A stretch of 64,000 bases of DNA from Roseinatronobacter sp. (GCF_051859905.1 NZ_JBHYEX010000006.1); one strand, 5' to 3'. Counted from the first letter of the stretch, positions 28,552 to 41,483 are shown. Notes: a model not told the origin generated them from the letters alone. Numbers and translations: made by a program.

Positions 28552-30515
28552 TACTGCGCCCCCCCTGCAAGGGTGACATAGGTGACGATCACGACAATCC
28601 CCAGAACCATTGCGAATGCATAATGATAGACATATCCGGACTGCGCACGTCCGGCGATGCGTGTGATGAACGGAATGATGCCCATGGCCAGACCGTTGAT
28701 GCCGCCGTCAATGACCTTGCCATCGCCTTTTTTCCAAAGGAACGTCCCCACAGCCTTGGCCGGACGCACGAACAGGAAGTCATAGATCTCATCGAAATAC
28801 CATTTGTTCAGCAGGAACTGATACGCCCCCGGGAACGTCTCGGCCAGGCGTTTGGGCAGCGACGTGTCGCGGATATAGAACATCCATGCCAAACCCAGCC
28901 CCAGCAACATCGCGATGAAGGGCGATACCTTGACCCAGGCGGGCACATAATGGGCCTGCGTGACCAGATCGTTCCCTTCAGCCAGGAAGATCGCTGCACC
29001 GAAATAATCGCGCACCTGCCCTGTTGACCCGAAGAACGGACCATAGAACACCATACCCGCCAGCACCGACCCGACGGCCAGAACCGCAAGCGGCACCAGC
29101 ATGACCATCGGGCTTTCATGCGCGTGTTCATGCGTGTGCTTGTCGCCGCGGGGGCTGCCCCAGAAGGTCAGGAACATAAGCCGCCAGCTGTAGAAACTGG
29201 TCATGAAGGCCGCGAATACCAGTATCCAGAAGGCATAGGTGGTACCCGACGCGAATACGGATTCAATAATCGCGTCCTTGGACACAAAGCCCGCAAAGCC
29301 GATGGTTGTCAGCGGAATGCCCACACCGGTAATCGCCAAGGTCCCGATCAGCATGGCCCAGAAGGTCATCGGCAGTTTGTCTTTCAGCCCGCCATAATTG
29401 CGCATGTCCTGTTCGTGGTGCATGCCGTGAATGACCGACCCCGCGCCCAGAAACAGCATGGCCTTGAAAAACGCATGCGTCAGCAGGTGGAACATGGCCA
29501 CCGAATAGACGCCCACACCCGCCGCAACAAACATGAACCCCAGCTGCGAACAGGTCGAATAGGCGATGACGCGCTTGATGTCATTTTGCACAAGCCCGAC
29601 AGTTGCTGCAAACAGCGCCGTCATGGCCCCGATCAGCACAACAAACGCCATGACCTGCGGGGTGTATTCCATCAGGGGCGACATGCGCGCGACAAGGAAC
29701 ACACCGGCGGTAACCATGGTCGCCGCGTGGATCAGCGCCGATACAGGCGTCGGCCCTTCCATCGCGTCAGGCAACCAAGTGTGCAGGAACAACTGCGCCG
29801 ATTTGCCCATCGCGCCCACAAACAGCAGGAACGCAATCAGATTGGCCGCGTTCCAGTCCGTCCACAAGAAACTGACAGTGGTTTCCGCCAGCATGGGGGC
29901 GGCGGCGAACAAATCGTCATACTGAATGGAATCGACCAGCAGATAGATCGTCATCAACGCAAGGATCAGCCCCATATCGCCCACACGGTTGACGATAAAC
30001 GCCTTCATCGCGGCGGCGCCCGCGCTTTGCTTGCGGAAATAGAACCCGATCAGCAGATAAGACGCGAGGCCCACCCCCTCCCAGCCGAAGAACAGCTGCA
30101 CAAGGTTGTCTGCGGTCACCAGCATCAGCATGGCAAAGGTAAACAGCGACAGATACGCGAAAAAGCGCGGGCGGTAACTTTCGTTATCCTTGAAATTGTC
30201 GTCATGCGCCATGTAGCCGAAACTATACAGATGCACGAGCGCGGATACCGTGGTGATGACAATCAGCATCACAGCGGTCAGCCGGTCCAGCCGGATCGCC
30301 CAGTCGCCCACCAGTGACCCGCTGTCGATCCAGCGCATCAGTGTGATTTGCTGAACACCGCCATCATGGGTCAGAAAGATAACCCATGACAAAAACGCCG
30401 ACAGGAACAATAGCGCCGTCGAAATGACCTGCGCAGGGCGTTCCCCGATCACACGCCAGAACAGACCCGCGATAATGGCCCCCAGAAGTGGCGCAAAAAG
30501 AACCGTTACTGCCAT
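28551..30515 (-). CDS. nuoL: NADH-quinone oxidoreductase subunit L
   Basis: A 654-aa antiporter-like subunit ([27 protein letters not shown]) with a long C-terminal amphipathic-helix region. Confidence 0.96.
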   Translation of the reverse strand: MAVTVLFAPLLGAIIAGLFWRVIGERPAQVISTALLFLSAFLSWVIFLTHDGGVQQITLMRWIDSGSLVGDWAIRLDRLTAVMLIVITTVSALVHLYSFGYMAHDDNFKDNESYRPRFFAYLSLFTFAMLMLVTADNLVQLFFGWEGVGLASYLLIGFYFRKQSAGAAAMKAFIVNRVGDMGLILALMTIYLLVDSIQYDDLFAAAPMLAETTVSFLWTDWNAANLIAFLLFVGAMGKSAQLFLHTWLPDAMEGPTPVSALIHAATMVTAGVFLVARMSPLMEYTPQVMAFVVLIGAMTALFAATVGLVQNDIKRVIAYSTCSQLGFMFVAAGVGVYSVAMFHLLTHAFFKAMLFLGAGSVIHGMHHEQDMRNYGGLKDKLPMTFWAMLIGTLAITGVGIPLTTIGFAGFVSKDAIIESVFASGTTYAFWILVFAAFMTSFYSWRLMFLTFWGSPRGDKHTHEHAHESPMVMLVPLAVLAVGSVLAGMVFYGPFFGSTGQVRDYFGAAIFLAEGNDLVTQAHYVPAWVKVSPFIAMLLGLGLAWMFYIRDTSLPKRLAETFPGAYQFLLNKWYFDEIYDFLFVRPAKAVGTFLWKKGDGKVIDGGINGLAMGIIPFITRIAGRAQSGYVYHYAFAMVLGIVVIVTYVTLAGGAQ

Positions 30516-30519
30516 GGGA

Positions 30520-30825
30520 TCAGCCTTTCATCACATTGACGTCTTCGACGTCGATCGTGCCACGGGTGCGGAAGAAGCACACCAGAATGGCAAGCCCGAT
30601 CGCGGCCTCGGCGGCAGCGACAGTCAGCACGAACAGCGTGAACACCTGACCAACCAGATCATTGAGGAAGCTGGAAAACGCGACCAGATTGATATTCACC
30701 GACAACAGCATCAATTCTATCGACATCAGAATGATGATGATATTCTTGCGGTTCAGAAATATCCCGAAAATACCGATGACGAACAGCGCCGCCGCCACGG
30801 TCAGGTAATGTTCAAGTCCAACCAT
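30520..30825 (-). CDS. nuoK: NADH-quinone oxidoreductase subunit K
   Basis: 101 aa with three TM segments ([20 protein letters not shown]...[13 protein letters not shown]). Confidence 0.96.
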   Translation of the reverse strand: MVGLEHYLTVAAALFVIGIFGIFLNRKNIIIILMSIELMLLSVNINLVAFSSFLNDLVGQVFTLFVLTVAAAEAAIGLAILVCFFRTRGTIDVEDVNVMKG

Positions 30826-30894
30826 TCGGTTCCCTCGTTCCGTATGTGTCGGGGCCGCTTTCTGGCCCTCGTTATCGGTTGTCCCTTGCGGGCC

Positions 30895-31512
30895 TTATCC
30901 CAGCCCCTGGCCGGATTTGACGTCTTTCAATTCCAGCGCCTTGGCCGGATCGCGGTGCATCTGGGCAACGACATTCTGACGCTTCACATCCTTGCGGTGG
31001 CGCAATGTCAGAACAATCGCCCCGATCATGGCCACCAGCAAAATCAGCGCGGCTGTCTGGAACAACAGGAAATACTGGTCATAAATGATCATACCCAGCG
31101 CCTTGGTGTTGTGCATTTCCGCCATGTCGGGCGTGGGTGCCTGCCGCAATTCGCGCGCGGTTTCCGCTTCTTGCCATGACCCGAACAGCAGCGCCATTTG
31201 CATCAGCAGGACGATGCCCACAATACTGGCAATCGGGAAGTAGCGCGCCATTTCCCCTTTTAGCGCGGCGAAATCGATATCCAGCATCATCACGACGAAC
31301 AAAAACAGCACCGCGACCGCGCCGACATAGACAATGATCAGCAGCATGGCCAGAAACTCTGCGCCCAGCAGCACGAACATGCCCGCCGCCGACAGGAATG
31401 TCAGAATAAGCCACAGAACCGAATGCACCGGATTGCGCGCAATGGTGACCAGAAACCCGGCCCCCAGCAGGGTGACCGCGAATGCATAGAATGTGATATC
31501 GGCAATACCCAT
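30895..31512 (-). CDS. nuoJ: NADH-quinone oxidoreductase subunit J
   Basis: A 205-aa membrane subunit ([53 protein letters not shown]). Confidence 0.95.
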   Translation of the reverse strand: MGIADITFYAFAVTLLGAGFLVTIARNPVHSVLWLILTFLSAAGMFVLLGAEFLAMLLIIVYVGAVAVLFLFVVMMLDIDFAALKGEMARYFPIASIVGIVLLMQMALLFGSWQEAETARELRQAPTPDMAEMHNTKALGMIIYDQYFLLFQTAALILLVAMIGAIVLTLRHRKDVKRQNVVAQMHRDPAKALELKDVKSGQGLG

Positions 31513-31607
31513 GTCCCTCGGGTTCCCTTTTTTCCTGTCGCGGGCGGTGTTTTGCGCCCGTCGTCCTTTGCTCTGCGCAGCGCCGGAAACTGTCCGGCAC
31601 CGCCCCT

Positions 31608-32099
31608 TTAACGGTAGGGCGCGTCGATTTCCAGATTGCGGGCAATCTGGGCTTCCCAGCGTTCGCCGTTTTCCAGCAGTTTATCCTTGTCGTAAAACAA
31701 CTCTTCCCGTGTCTCGGTCGCGAACTCGAAATTCGGTCCTTCGACAATGGCATCCACGGGACACGCTTCCTGACAGAAACCGCAATAGATGCATTTTGTC
31801 ATGTCGATATCATAGCGCGTTGTGCGCCGTGACCCGTCATCGCGCGGTTCCGCGTCAATGGTGATCGCCTGCGCGGGGCAAATCGCCTCGCACAGTTTGC
31901 ACGCAATGCAGCGTTCCTCGCCATTGGGGTAACGACGCAGGGCGTGTTCACCACGAAACCGCGGGCTAAGCGGCCCTTTTTCATGCGGATAGTTGATCGT
32001 GGGCTTGGGCGCCACGAAATAGCGCATGCCCAAGGCGAAGCCTTTGATGAAATCGGTCATCAGCGTGTATTTTATCGCACGCGCCCAATCCATACCCAT
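31608..32099 (-). CDS. nuoI: NADH-quinone oxidoreductase subunit I
   Basis: 163 aa with two 4Fe-4S ferredoxin motifs ([12 protein letters not shown] and [12 protein letters not shown]). Confidence 0.97.
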   Translation of the reverse strand: MGMDWARAIKYTLMTDFIKGFALGMRYFVAPKPTINYPHEKGPLSPRFRGEHALRRYPNGEERCIACKLCEAICPAQAITIDAEPRDDGSRRTTRYDIDMTKCIYCGFCQEACPVDAIVEGPNFEFATETREELFYDKDKLLENGERWEAQIARNLEIDAPYR

Positions 32100-32101
32100 G
32101 A

Positions 32102-33139
32102 TCAGCCTCCAATCGTCCAGCGGGCCCAGAACGCACCCATGACTTCAAATTTCGCAAGGAACGACACGATGACGACCCATGCCAGCGACAGCGGCAGAAA
32201 CACCTTCCAGCCAATACGCATCAACTGGTCATAGCGGTAGCGCGGCACAATGGCCTTCACCATGGCGAACAGGAAGAAGAAGAACGCCATCTTCAGGAAC
32301 ATCCAGTGGAACCCGTCCGGCAGGCCAGGAATGGGCGACAGCCAGCCGCCAAAGAACAGCAGCGACAGCAAGGCGCACATCAGGAAGATGGCAATATATT
32401 CGCCAGCCATGAACAGCAGATAGGGGGTCGACCCGTATTCCACCATGAACCCCGCCACCAGTTCGGATTCCGCTTCCGGCAGGTCAAAGGGCGGGCGGTT
32501 GGTTTCGGCCAGCGCCGAGATGAAGAACAGCACGACCATTGGCAGATGCGGCAACCAATACCAGCCCAACGCACCCCAGCCGGTATCTTGTGCGGCGACA
32601 ATATTGCCGAAATTCATGCTGCCGGTCGAAATGATGATCCCGATGATGATCAGGCCCAGCGACACTTCGTAGGAAATCATCTGCGCGGCAGACCGCAGCG
32701 ACCCAAGGAACGCATATTTGGAGTTGGACGCCCAGCCCCCCATGATCACGCCGTAAACTTCCAGACTGGCAATCGCGAACACAAACAGGATGGCCACGTT
32801 GATATCGGCCAGAACCCAGCCGTCATTGAACGGGATCACCGCCCATGCCAGAACCGCCAGCACGAAGCTAAGCAGCGGCGCCAGAAAATAGACCGGCCGG
32901 TCAACGCCTGCCGGAATAACCACTTCCTTGACCACGAATTTCAGCGCATCCGCGAAGGTTTGCATCAGCCCCCAAGGGCCGACGACATTGGGACCGCGCC
33001 GCAACTGTACAGCCGCCCAGATCTTGCGGTCTGCATAGACCAGAAAGATAAGGCTAATCATCACGAAGCCAATCACCAACAGTGATTGTGCCATGATCAG
33101 CACGGTGATCCCTAGTCCGGTTTCCAGAAATTCAGCCAT
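32102..33139 (-). CDS. nuoH: NADH-quinone oxidoreductase subunit H
   Basis: A 345-aa polytopic membrane subunit ([25 protein letters not shown]...[20 protein letters not shown]). Confidence 0.97.
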   Translation of the reverse strand: MAEFLETGLGITVLIMAQSLLVIGFVMISLIFLVYADRKIWAAVQLRRGPNVVGPWGLMQTFADALKFVVKEVVIPAGVDRPVYFLAPLLSFVLAVLAWAVIPFNDGWVLADINVAILFVFAIASLEVYGVIMGGWASNSKYAFLGSLRSAAQMISYEVSLGLIIIGIIISTGSMNFGNIVAAQDTGWGALGWYWLPHLPMVVLFFISALAETNRPPFDLPEAESELVAGFMVEYGSTPYLLFMAGEYIAIFLMCALLSLLFFGGWLSPIPGLPDGFHWMFLKMAFFFFLFAMVKAIVPRYRYDQLMRIGWKVFLPLSLAWVVIVSFLAKFEVMGAFWARWTIGG

Positions 33140-33154
33140 TCGTCCCTCTATTCC

Positions 33155-33568
33155 TCAGACTGTGGGAATGCCCTGCTCGTGGCAATCCGCGACGATCACC
33201 TCGGCGTCCATGTTGCGCAGACCGGGCGGCAGGTCCGGCGAGATGGTGTAAACCCCATCCGCCTGCCAGATGCCAGCGGTTTGCGTTGCATTTGTCCTGA
33301 CGTGGCGTGCAAAACTGTAGCCGCGGATCAGGGTGTATTGTGCAGCCGCGCAGCGGGAATAGGCGATCACATCCTCGCGCCCCCGCGCGCCGTCCATGCG
33401 CACGACAAAACTGACCAGATCGCCTTCCAGCAGACGGGTTTGCACCCCCAGATATTGCGCATCCGACGGCGGCGACATTGGCACGCGCACCCGATCCCCG
33501 TTTCCACATGCCATCAACCCGCCCGACAGGGCGAGGGTGACAAGCGGCATATGAAGGGTGCGCCACAC
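33155..33568 (-). CDS. Hypothetical lipoprotein (URF between nuoG and nuoH)
   Basis: 137 aa with a lipobox LSGGLMAC near the N-terminus. An alternative start is at 33550. It is on the same strand as the flanking nuo genes, 6 nt and 16 nt away from them. I recognise no family. Confidence 0.55.
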   Translation of the reverse strand: MWRTLHMPLVTLALSGGLMACGNGDRVRVPMSPPSDAQYLGVQTRLLEGDLVSFVVRMDGARGREDVIAYSRCAAAQYTLIRGYSFARHVRTNATQTAGIWQADGVYTISPDLPPGLRNMDAEVIVADCHEQGIPTV

Positions 33569-33573
33569 TCATG

Positions 33574-35586
33574 TCACTCCGCAGCGATCTTGGACTGGCC
33601 GCGCGCCTTGGCCATGGCAGACAATTCGGCCATAAGGCTGGATGCACGGGCAATCGGGTTGGTCAGGTAGAAATCATCAACAGCATAGCGGAAATCGGCC
33701 TTGCCCAATGGTTTGGCGGCAAGGGCCTGCCACGCGTTTTCCGGTATAACGTCAATATCACCAAGATGCGGCACCGCATCTGTCAATTGTTGGCGCAGGG
33801 CGCTGATGGTGTCAAACGGCAGGGTTGCGCCCAGTTCCGCCGATAGCGCACGCAGGATCGCCCAGTTTTCCTTGGCATCACCGGGTGCAAAGCCTGCGCG
33901 CAGGGCCAGTTGCGGGCGCCCTTCGGTATTGACGAAGATCCCCGGTTCTTCGGTATAGGCGGCGGCAGGCAGAATAAGGTCGGCACGGTGCGCGCCGCGG
34001 TCCCCATGGCTGCCCTGATAGATGACAAACGCGCCCGGTGCGATGTCAATCTCATCTGCGCCAAGGTTATAGATCACTTCGGCGTCCTTGGTGGCGGCAT
34101 CAAGCCCGCCATCCGTCACGCAGCCCAGATCCAGCGCGCCAACGCGGCTTGCTGCCGTGTGCAGAACCAGCAAACGCCCGCCGATCTTGTCAGCCAGCGC
34201 CATGGCTTGCGCCAGCACCGCTTCGCCATCAGCTTCGCGCAGGGCACCCTGGCCCACGATAACCAGTGCCTCGGCCTCATCGGATTTCGCGGCTTTGACC
34301 AGTTTTTCCAGCGCAGCGCGGTCTGTGCCGCCTTCGATCACGTCATAGGTCAGATCGACTGCCGTGCCTATGCGCGTCACATCCGCGCCCGCCAGCCATG
34401 CCTTGCGAATGCGCGCATTCAGAACCGGCGCTTCGGCGCGCGGGTTCGTGCCAATCAGGTAGATACGCTTTGCGTGGTCAATATCTTCGATTGTCGCGGT
34501 GCCCACATAGGCCGACCGGTTGCCCGCAGGCAGTTTGGCACCATCCACACGGCATTCCAGCGTGCCGCCCTGCCCTTCGACCAGCAGTTTCAGTGCATAG
34601 GCCGCTTCCACTGACGACAAATCGCCGATCAGGCCCGCAACCTTCTTGCCCTTGATAGCATTTGCAGCCGTTTCCAGCGCTTCGGGCCATGTGGCAACCC
34701 GCAGCTTGCCATTCTCGCGGATATAGGGGCGGTCAAGGCGCTGGCGCTTCAACCCGTCCCAGACATAACGCGATTTGTCCGACAGCCATTCTTCGTTCAC
34801 GCCATCATGGTTGCGTGGCAGAATACGCATGACTTCGCGACCCTTGGTATCCACACGAATATTGGACCCCAGCGCGTCCATCACGTCGATGGTTTCGGTC
34901 TTGGTCAATTCCCACGGCCGCGCAGTAAAGCTGTAGGGTTTGGACACCAGCGCGCCCACGGGGCACAGGTCGACAATATTGCCCACCAGTTCCGAGTCCA
35001 CCAATGCGCCCAGATAGGTGGTGATTTCAGCATCCTCGCCGCGTCCGGTCTGGCCCATGACGGTCTGGCCCGCCACCTCGGTGGTAAAACGCACGCAACG
35101 CGTGCAGGAAATACACCGCGTCATATGGGTTTCTACCAATGGCCCCAGCTGCATATCCTCGCTGGCGCGTTTGGGTTCACGGTAGCGCGAAAAATCCACG
35201 CCATAGGCCATGGCCTGATCCTGCAAATCGCATTCGCCGCCCTGATCGCAAATCGGACAATCCAGCGGATGGTTGATCAGCAGAAACTCCATGACCCCTT
35301 CACGGGCCTTCTTGACCATGGGGCTGTTGGTCTTGATCACCGGCGGCTGTCCTTCGGGGCCGGGGCGCAGGTCGCGCACCTGCATGGCACAGCTTGCCGC
35401 AGGTTTGGGCGGGCCGCCCACAACCTCGACCAGACACATGCGGCAGTTGCCGGCAATCGACAGACGTTCATGATAGCAAAAGCGCGGCACTTCCACGCCA
35501 GCCTGTTCACAGGCCTGAATCAGCGTCATCGAAATGGGAACTTCGACTTCTTTCCCGTCAATGATGATCTTGCGAAGGTCTGACAT
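33574..35586 (-). CDS. nuoG: NADH-quinone oxidoreductase subunit G
   Basis: 670 aa. It has an N-terminal 2Fe-2S motif ([19 protein letters not shown]), His/Cys 4Fe-4S clusters and a molybdopterin-like domain. Confidence 0.97.
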   Translation of the reverse strand: MSDLRKIIIDGKEVEVPISMTLIQACEQAGVEVPRFCYHERLSIAGNCRMCLVEVVGGPPKPAASCAMQVRDLRPGPEGQPPVIKTNSPMVKKAREGVMEFLLINHPLDCPICDQGGECDLQDQAMAYGVDFSRYREPKRASEDMQLGPLVETHMTRCISCTRCVRFTTEVAGQTVMGQTGRGEDAEITTYLGALVDSELVGNIVDLCPVGALVSKPYSFTARPWELTKTETIDVMDALGSNIRVDTKGREVMRILPRNHDGVNEEWLSDKSRYVWDGLKRQRLDRPYIRENGKLRVATWPEALETAANAIKGKKVAGLIGDLSSVEAAYALKLLVEGQGGTLECRVDGAKLPAGNRSAYVGTATIEDIDHAKRIYLIGTNPRAEAPVLNARIRKAWLAGADVTRIGTAVDLTYDVIEGGTDRAALEKLVKAAKSDEAEALVIVGQGALREADGEAVLAQAMALADKIGGRLLVLHTAASRVGALDLGCVTDGGLDAATKDAEVIYNLGADEIDIAPGAFVIYQGSHGDRGAHRADLILPAAAYTEEPGIFVNTEGRPQLALRAGFAPGDAKENWAILRALSAELGATLPFDTISALRQQLTDAVPHLGDIDVIPENAWQALAAKPLGKADFRYAVDDFYLTNPIARASSLMAELSAMAKARGQSKIAAE

Positions 35587-35589
35587 GTG

Positions 35590-36048
35590 TTATCTCTCCC
35601 GCAATCTGCGGCCAAGTGCCGAACGGTCGGCCATTTCGGCCCGCGCATAGGTGCAGACCGCCTGCGTGTTGGACGGGTCAACGCCCGCCTGCGTAAGGTA
35701 GCCATCAACCACGCCTTGCAGGCGTTGCTGTTCGGTTTCGTCGTCAACAAATGCTTCGATCTGGGCGCGGCTGAAACCCATGCCGCGCGCCTGATTGTAC
35801 AGCCCCATAAAGAATGTGACCCGTTGCAGGCGGTTCGGTCCCTGCAAATCCGGACAGGCATCAACGATATGTTTTATCAATGCAGCCGTGAACAACCCGT
35901 TATAGACGTCAGCATTGCCGCGCAGGGCCGCATTCACATCGGATTGCGGCATGGCATCAGCGCGGATCGGGCTTGCCAGCACCAGGGCAACCCCCAGACC
36001 GGCCAATGCTGATTTCACATCAAATCTTGTGAAAGCAAGGTGTTTCAT
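35590..36048 (-). CDS. Hypothetical secreted protein (URF between nuoF and nuoG; probably the DUF5333 type seen in Rhodobacterales nuo operons)
   Basis: ORF 35590..36084. I moved the start to ATG 36048 (MKHLAFTRFDVKSALAGLGVALVLASPIRADA, a signal peptide), 4 nt after the nuoF stop. The DUF label is from memory and was not checked. Confidence 0.6.
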   Translation of the reverse strand: MKHLAFTRFDVKSALAGLGVALVLASPIRADAMPQSDVNAALRGNADVYNGLFTAALIKHIVDACPDLQGPNRLQRVTFFMGLYNQARGMGFSRAQIEAFVDDETEQQRLQGVVDGYLTQAGVDPSNTQAVCTYARAEMADRSALGRRLRER

Positions 36049-36052
36049 TCGA

Positions 36053-37351
36053 TCACTCCGCCGCCACTTGAACAGATGCACCACGTTTCTGTGCCTTGAT
36101 CCTGTCTACGATTTCATCGCGGAAATTCCGGATCAGGCCCTGAATGGGCCATGCCGCCGCATCGCCAAGTGCACAGATGGTGTGGCCTTCGACCTGCTTG
36201 GTCACATCCCACAACATCTCGATTTCCTCGACCTCGGCCTCGCCGCGCACAAGGCGGTCCATGACGCGCATCATCCAGCCGGTGCCTTCGCGGCACGGCG
36301 TGCACTGGCCGCAGCTTTCGTGCTTGTAGAATTTCGACAATCGCCAGATGGCCTTGATGATGTCGGTCTGCTTGTCCATGACAATCACCGCCGCCGTGCC
36401 AAGGCCCGATCCCAGATCGCTGCGCAGATAATCGAAATCCATGATCGCATCGCGCATCTTCTCGCCTCGGACACAGGGCACGGATGACCCGCCGGGAATG
36501 ACCGCCTGCAAATTGTCCCAACCGCCGCGAATGCCGCCGCAATGCTTCTCGATCAATTCCTCGAACGTGATCGACATCGCTTCTTCGACGACGCAGGGGC
36601 GGTTCACATGGCCGGAAATGGCAAACAACTTCGTGCCCGCATTATTCGGACGGCCAAACCCCGCGAACCATGCGCCGCCACGGCGCAGGATCGTGGGCAC
36701 AACAGCAATCGATTCCACATTATTTACCGTGGTCGGGCAGCCATACAGGCCCGCGCCTGCTGGAAATGGCGGTTTCATGCGCGGCATGCCCTTCTTGCCT
36801 TCAAGGCTTTCCAGAAGGGCCGTTTCCTCGCCACAAATATAGGCGCCTGCGCCGTGATGCAGGAACAGGTCGAAATCCCAGCCCGACCCGCTGGCATTCT
36901 TGCCGATCAATCCAGCCTCATAGGCTTCATCAATGGCGTTCTGCAACGCTTCGCGTTCCCGAATATATTCGCCGCGGATATAGATGTAGCAGGTATGCGC
37001 ATTCATTGCGAAACTGGCAATCAGACACCCTTCGATCAGGGTATGCGGATCATGGCGCATAATCTCGCGGTCTTTGCAGGTGCCGGGTTCGGATTCGTCG
37101 GCATTCACGACCAGATATGCAGGCCGCCCGTCGCTTTCCTTGGGCATGAAGGACCATTTCAGGCCGGTCGGAAAGCCCGCACCACCCCGCCCGCGCAGGC
37201 CCGACTGCTTCATTTCGTCAATGATCCAGTCGCGCCCCTTTTGCAGGATGTTCTTCGTGCCATCCCAATGGCCGCGCGCAATCGCCCCCTTCAGGGACCG
37301 GTCATGCATGCCGTAAATATTGGTGAAGATGCGATCCTGATCGTCAAGCAT
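36053..37351 (-). CDS. nuoF: NADH-quinone oxidoreductase subunit F
   Basis: 432 aa with an NADH/FMN site ([32 protein letters not shown]) and a 4Fe-4S motif ([12 protein letters not shown]). Confidence 0.98.
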   Translation of the reverse strand: MLDDQDRIFTNIYGMHDRSLKGAIARGHWDGTKNILQKGRDWIIDEMKQSGLRGRGGAGFPTGLKWSFMPKESDGRPAYLVVNADESEPGTCKDREIMRHDPHTLIEGCLIASFAMNAHTCYIYIRGEYIREREALQNAIDEAYEAGLIGKNASGSGWDFDLFLHHGAGAYICGEETALLESLEGKKGMPRMKPPFPAGAGLYGCPTTVNNVESIAVVPTILRRGGAWFAGFGRPNNAGTKLFAISGHVNRPCVVEEAMSITFEELIEKHCGGIRGGWDNLQAVIPGGSSVPCVRGEKMRDAIMDFDYLRSDLGSGLGTAAVIVMDKQTDIIKAIWRLSKFYKHESCGQCTPCREGTGWMMRVMDRLVRGEAEVEEIEMLWDVTKQVEGHTICALGDAAAWPIQGLIRNFRDEIVDRIKAQKRGASVQVAAE

Positions 37352-37373
37352 GATCTTTACCCTTGTCTGCGCG

Positions 37374-37601
37374 TCATTTGTCGCGCTTGCCTTGCCGCCA
37401 GATGCGGAATGTTACGATCAACGCCCAGGCAAACCCTGCCAGCGCTGCGAAATCTATCAAGAATGCGTAGCGTGGATCCCAGCCGAATTCGCGACCCATC
37501 CATCCCAAAACGACCCAAGCCACGATCGCCGCAGCCATGACCACGCCCGCAAGCCGTGCTTGCCGGGCCAAGGCCATGTCGCGAGGGGAAGGTTTTGCCA
37601 T
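37374..37601 (-). CDS. Hypothetical small membrane protein (URF between nuoE and nuoF; probably the DUF5337 type)
   Basis: 75 aa with two predicted TM helices ([18 protein letters not shown] and [17 protein letters not shown]). It is on the same strand as the flanking nuo genes, 20-22 nt away from them. The DUF label is from memory. Confidence 0.55.
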   Translation of the reverse strand: MAKPSPRDMALARQARLAGVVMAAAIVAWVVLGWMGREFGWDPRYAFLIDFAALAGFAWALIVTFRIWRQGKRDK

Positions 37602-37620
37602 ACGCTTTCATCCTGTTGCA

Positions 37621-38754
37621 CTACTTGGCGCGTTTGGAAAATTCAGTCTCGCCGCCTTCGGCAAGAATTTTGGCCTGATCAATCCAGCCATCCCGTTCGA
37701 TCCGGCCCTTGAATTTCAGCCGCTCATCCACCCAAGCCACATCATCATCAGTCCATGCCGCGACTTGCCAGAAATGGAACACGCCCAGTTCGTTCAGGGT
37801 GCCTTCCAGCTTCGGGCCAACGCCTTTCAGCTTCTTCAGATCGTCTGCCTTGCCCTTGGGCGCTTTCAGCATCTCGGGCTGCGCAGATGCGGCTTTGGCC
37901 CGTTTTGCTGATGTCTTCGGGTTGCCCTTCTTGACGGCCTGCGCTTCTTGTTTGGAAACGCCAGTGTCATCCACGGGGGTGGACAGCGCCGGTTTCGGCT
38001 CATGATCCTTGATGGTCTTGGCGGTGACCTTGCGCTTGCTTGCCTTGGCGGGTTTGTCCTGCCACGGCGTCAGCAGCGGCACTTCGCTGCCGTCAATGCG
38101 CTTGATCGTGTCACCAATGCTTGTGGCCAACGCCACAGACCCGTTCTGCGCTTCGCCTGTGTAATCCTTCAGCGTGGTTGCCCCGCCCAAGGGTTCCGAT
38201 GCAAAGCGCCCGTTTTGCGGCCCTGCTGTGGGCACCTTGCCGGCAGCCAGATCGTCGATCAGTTGCGCGAAGCCTTCGGCTGTCAGGTCTTCGTAATAGT
38301 CCTTGCCGATCTGAACCATGGGCGCGTTCGAACATGCCCCAAGGCATTCCACTTCTTCCCAACTGAATTTGCCATCTGCCGACAACATGTGCGCGCGCGG
38401 CGCAATCTTCTGTTTGCACACTTCAATCAGCTTTTCCGCCCCGCAAATCATGCAAGACAGCGTGCCGCAGACCTGAAAATGCGCAACGGACCCGACGGGC
38501 TGCAACTGGAACATAAAATAGAATGTCGCCACTTCCAGCGCGCGGATATAGGCCATGCCCAGCATGTCGGCGATATGTTCAATCGCGGGGCGCGTCAGCC
38601 AGCCTTCCTGTTCCTGCGCGCGCCACAAAAGCGGTATGATCGCCGAGGCCTGACGGCCTTCGGGGTATTTGGTGATCTGCGCTTCCGCCCATGCCTGATT
38701 GGCGGGCGTAAACGCGAAAGAAGCGGGTTGGTCTGGGTGCAGGCGGCGCAGCAT
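37621..38754 (-). CDS. nuoE: NADH-quinone oxidoreductase subunit E with a long C-terminal extension
   Basis: The N-terminal ~195 aa is a canonical NuoE thioredoxin-like 2Fe-2S domain ([13 protein letters not shown]...[12 protein letters not shown]). Residues ~200-377 are a Lys/Ala/Pro-rich linker plus a helix-hairpin-helix-like tail ([26 protein letters not shown]). Confidence 0.95.
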   Translation of the reverse strand: MLRRLHPDQPASFAFTPANQAWAEAQITKYPEGRQASAIIPLLWRAQEQEGWLTRPAIEHIADMLGMAYIRALEVATFYFMFQLQPVGSVAHFQVCGTLSCMICGAEKLIEVCKQKIAPRAHMLSADGKFSWEEVECLGACSNAPMVQIGKDYYEDLTAEGFAQLIDDLAAGKVPTAGPQNGRFASEPLGGATTLKDYTGEAQNGSVALATSIGDTIKRIDGSEVPLLTPWQDKPAKASKRKVTAKTIKDHEPKPALSTPVDDTGVSKQEAQAVKKGNPKTSAKRAKAASAQPEMLKAPKGKADDLKKLKGVGPKLEGTLNELGVFHFWQVAAWTDDDVAWVDERLKFKGRIERDGWIDQAKILAEGGETEFSKRAK

Positions 38755-39977
38755 TAGCGGTCAATCTCTCCGAACACCACATCCATGGTGGCGATGATGG
38801 CGGCCACATCGGCCAGTTGGTGCCCTTTGGCGACATGGTCCATGGCTTGCAGATGCAGGTAGCCCGGCGCACGCAGTTTCGCACGATACGGTTTATTGGT
38901 GCCATCCGCGACCAGATAGACCCCGAATTCGCCTTTTGGCGCTTCGACCGCAGCGTAAACTTCGCCTGCGGGAACATGGAACCCTTCGGTATACAGCTTG
39001 AAATGGTGGATCAGGCTTTCCATGGAGGTTTTCATGTCCGCACGCTGTGGCGGGGTGATCTTGCCGCGTGCCAGAACGTCGCCCTGCCCTTCGGGGGCGC
39101 GCAATTTCTCAATCGCTTGCAGGATTATCTTGGTTGATTCCCGCATCTCGGCCATGCGCACAAGATAGCGGTCATAGCAGTCACCATTCTTGCCAACCGC
39201 CACATTGAAATCAAACTCGTCATAGCATTCATAGGGCTGAGCGCGCCGCAAGTCCCACGCCATACCGGACCCGCGCACCATGACCCCCGAGAAACCCCAA
39301 TCGAGGGCTTCCTGTTCGGAAACGACGCCGATATCGCACAGACGCTGCTTGAAGATCCGGTTTTCTGTCAGCAGCCCGTCGATATCATCCAGCACCTTCG
39401 GGAAATTATGCGCCCACGCCTCGATATCATCCAGAAGCGCCGGCGGCAGATCCTGATGCACGCCGCCGGGACGGAAATAGGCCGCATGCAGCCGCGCCCC
39501 GCAGGCGCGTTCATAAAAGACCATCAGCTTCTCGCGTTCCTCGAACCCCCATAGCGGGGGTGTCAGCGCGCCGACATCCAGTGCGCCCGTTGTCACGTTC
39601 AGCAAATGGCTTAGGATACGCCCGATTTCGCTGTATAACACGCGGATCAGCGACGCGCGGCGCGGCACCTGCACGCCTGTCAGGCGTTCAATCGCCAGAC
39701 ACCATGCATGTTCCTGATTCATGGGCGCCACATAATCCAGCCGGTCGAAATACGGCAGGTTCTGCAAATATGTGCGGCTTTCCATCAGCTTTTCGGTGCC
39801 ACGATGCAAAAGCCCGATATGCGGGTCGCAGCGTTCCACAATCTCGCCGTCCAGTTCCAGAACAAGGCGCAGCACACCATGTGCCGCAGGGTGCTGAGGG
39901 CCGAAGTTGATGTTGAAATTGCGGATTTTCTGTTCGCCCGTCTGGGCATCCTCAAATCCCTTGGAGCCGTCCATCAT
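38754..39977 (-). CDS. nuoD: NADH-quinone oxidoreductase subunit D
   Basis: 407 aa ([41 protein letters not shown]). Confidence 0.98.
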   Translation of the reverse strand: MMDGSKGFEDAQTGEQKIRNFNINFGPQHPAAHGVLRLVLELDGEIVERCDPHIGLLHRGTEKLMESRTYLQNLPYFDRLDYVAPMNQEHAWCLAIERLTGVQVPRRASLIRVLYSEIGRILSHLLNVTTGALDVGALTPPLWGFEEREKLMVFYERACGARLHAAYFRPGGVHQDLPPALLDDIEAWAHNFPKVLDDIDGLLTENRIFKQRLCDIGVVSEQEALDWGFSGVMVRGSGMAWDLRRAQPYECYDEFDFNVAVGKNGDCYDRYLVRMAEMRESTKIILQAIEKLRAPEGQGDVLARGKITPPQRADMKTSMESLIHHFKLYTEGFHVPAGEVYAAVEAPKGEFGVYLVADGTNKPYRAKLRAPGYLHLQAMDHVAKGHQLADVAAIIATMDVVFGEIDR

Positions 39978-40582
39978 GTAGCAGCCTCCTTCTTCTCATC
40001 ACCCGGAAGAATATAATCTGCGCCTTCCCAAGGGGACATGAAATCAAACTGGCGATATTCCTGCACAAGCTGGACCGGTTCATACACCACACGCTTAAGC
40101 GCCTCGTCATAACGTACTTCGGTGTAGCCGGTTGTCGGGAAATCCTTGCGCAGCGGATACCCGCGAAAGCCGTAATCCGTCAGAATGCGCCGCAAATCCG
40201 GATGGCCGGAAAACAGGATGCCGAACATGTCGAACACTTCACGCTCGAACCAGTTCGCGCTGGGGTGAATGTCGGTGATTGATGGCGCAATGTCCTGCTC
40301 GCCCAGTTCGACCTTCAGCCGGATGCGGTGGTTACGATACATCGACAGAAGATGATAGACCACGTCGAACCGTTTACGGCGGCCGGGCCAATCCACGGCC
40401 GTGATATCCACAAGCGTTGAAAACCGCATATTTTCATCGCTTTGCAAAAAGCGCACAAGTTTGGGCAACTGCGCAAGCGTGGTCACCACAGTCAATTCGC
40501 CAAACGCGGTTTCATGGCTGACAACCGCATCGGCCATGCGCAGCTCCAACTGACCGGCAAGTTCCTTCATTGCATCCGACAT
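39974..40582 (-). CDS. nuoC: NADH-quinone oxidoreductase subunit C
   Basis: 202 aa ([31 protein letters not shown]). Its stop overlaps the nuoD start. Confidence 0.97.
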   Translation of the reverse strand: MSDAMKELAGQLELRMADAVVSHETAFGELTVVTTLAQLPKLVRFLQSDENMRFSTLVDITAVDWPGRRKRFDVVYHLLSMYRNHRIRLKVELGEQDIAPSITDIHPSANWFEREVFDMFGILFSGHPDLRRILTDYGFRGYPLRKDFPTTGYTEVRYDEALKRVVYEPVQLVQEYRQFDFMSPWEGADYILPGDEKKEAAT

Positions 40583-40593
40583 ATGCCGACCCC

Positions 40594-41483
<890 letters not shown>

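Noticed and set aside
36542-37540. 332-aa plus-strand ORF (and 46598..47743, 47770..48663, 10380..11300, 50347..51165)
   Set aside because: All are antisense to strongly supported genes (nuoF, mccB, ompW, the M29 peptidase and thrS). They show the same compositional artefact.
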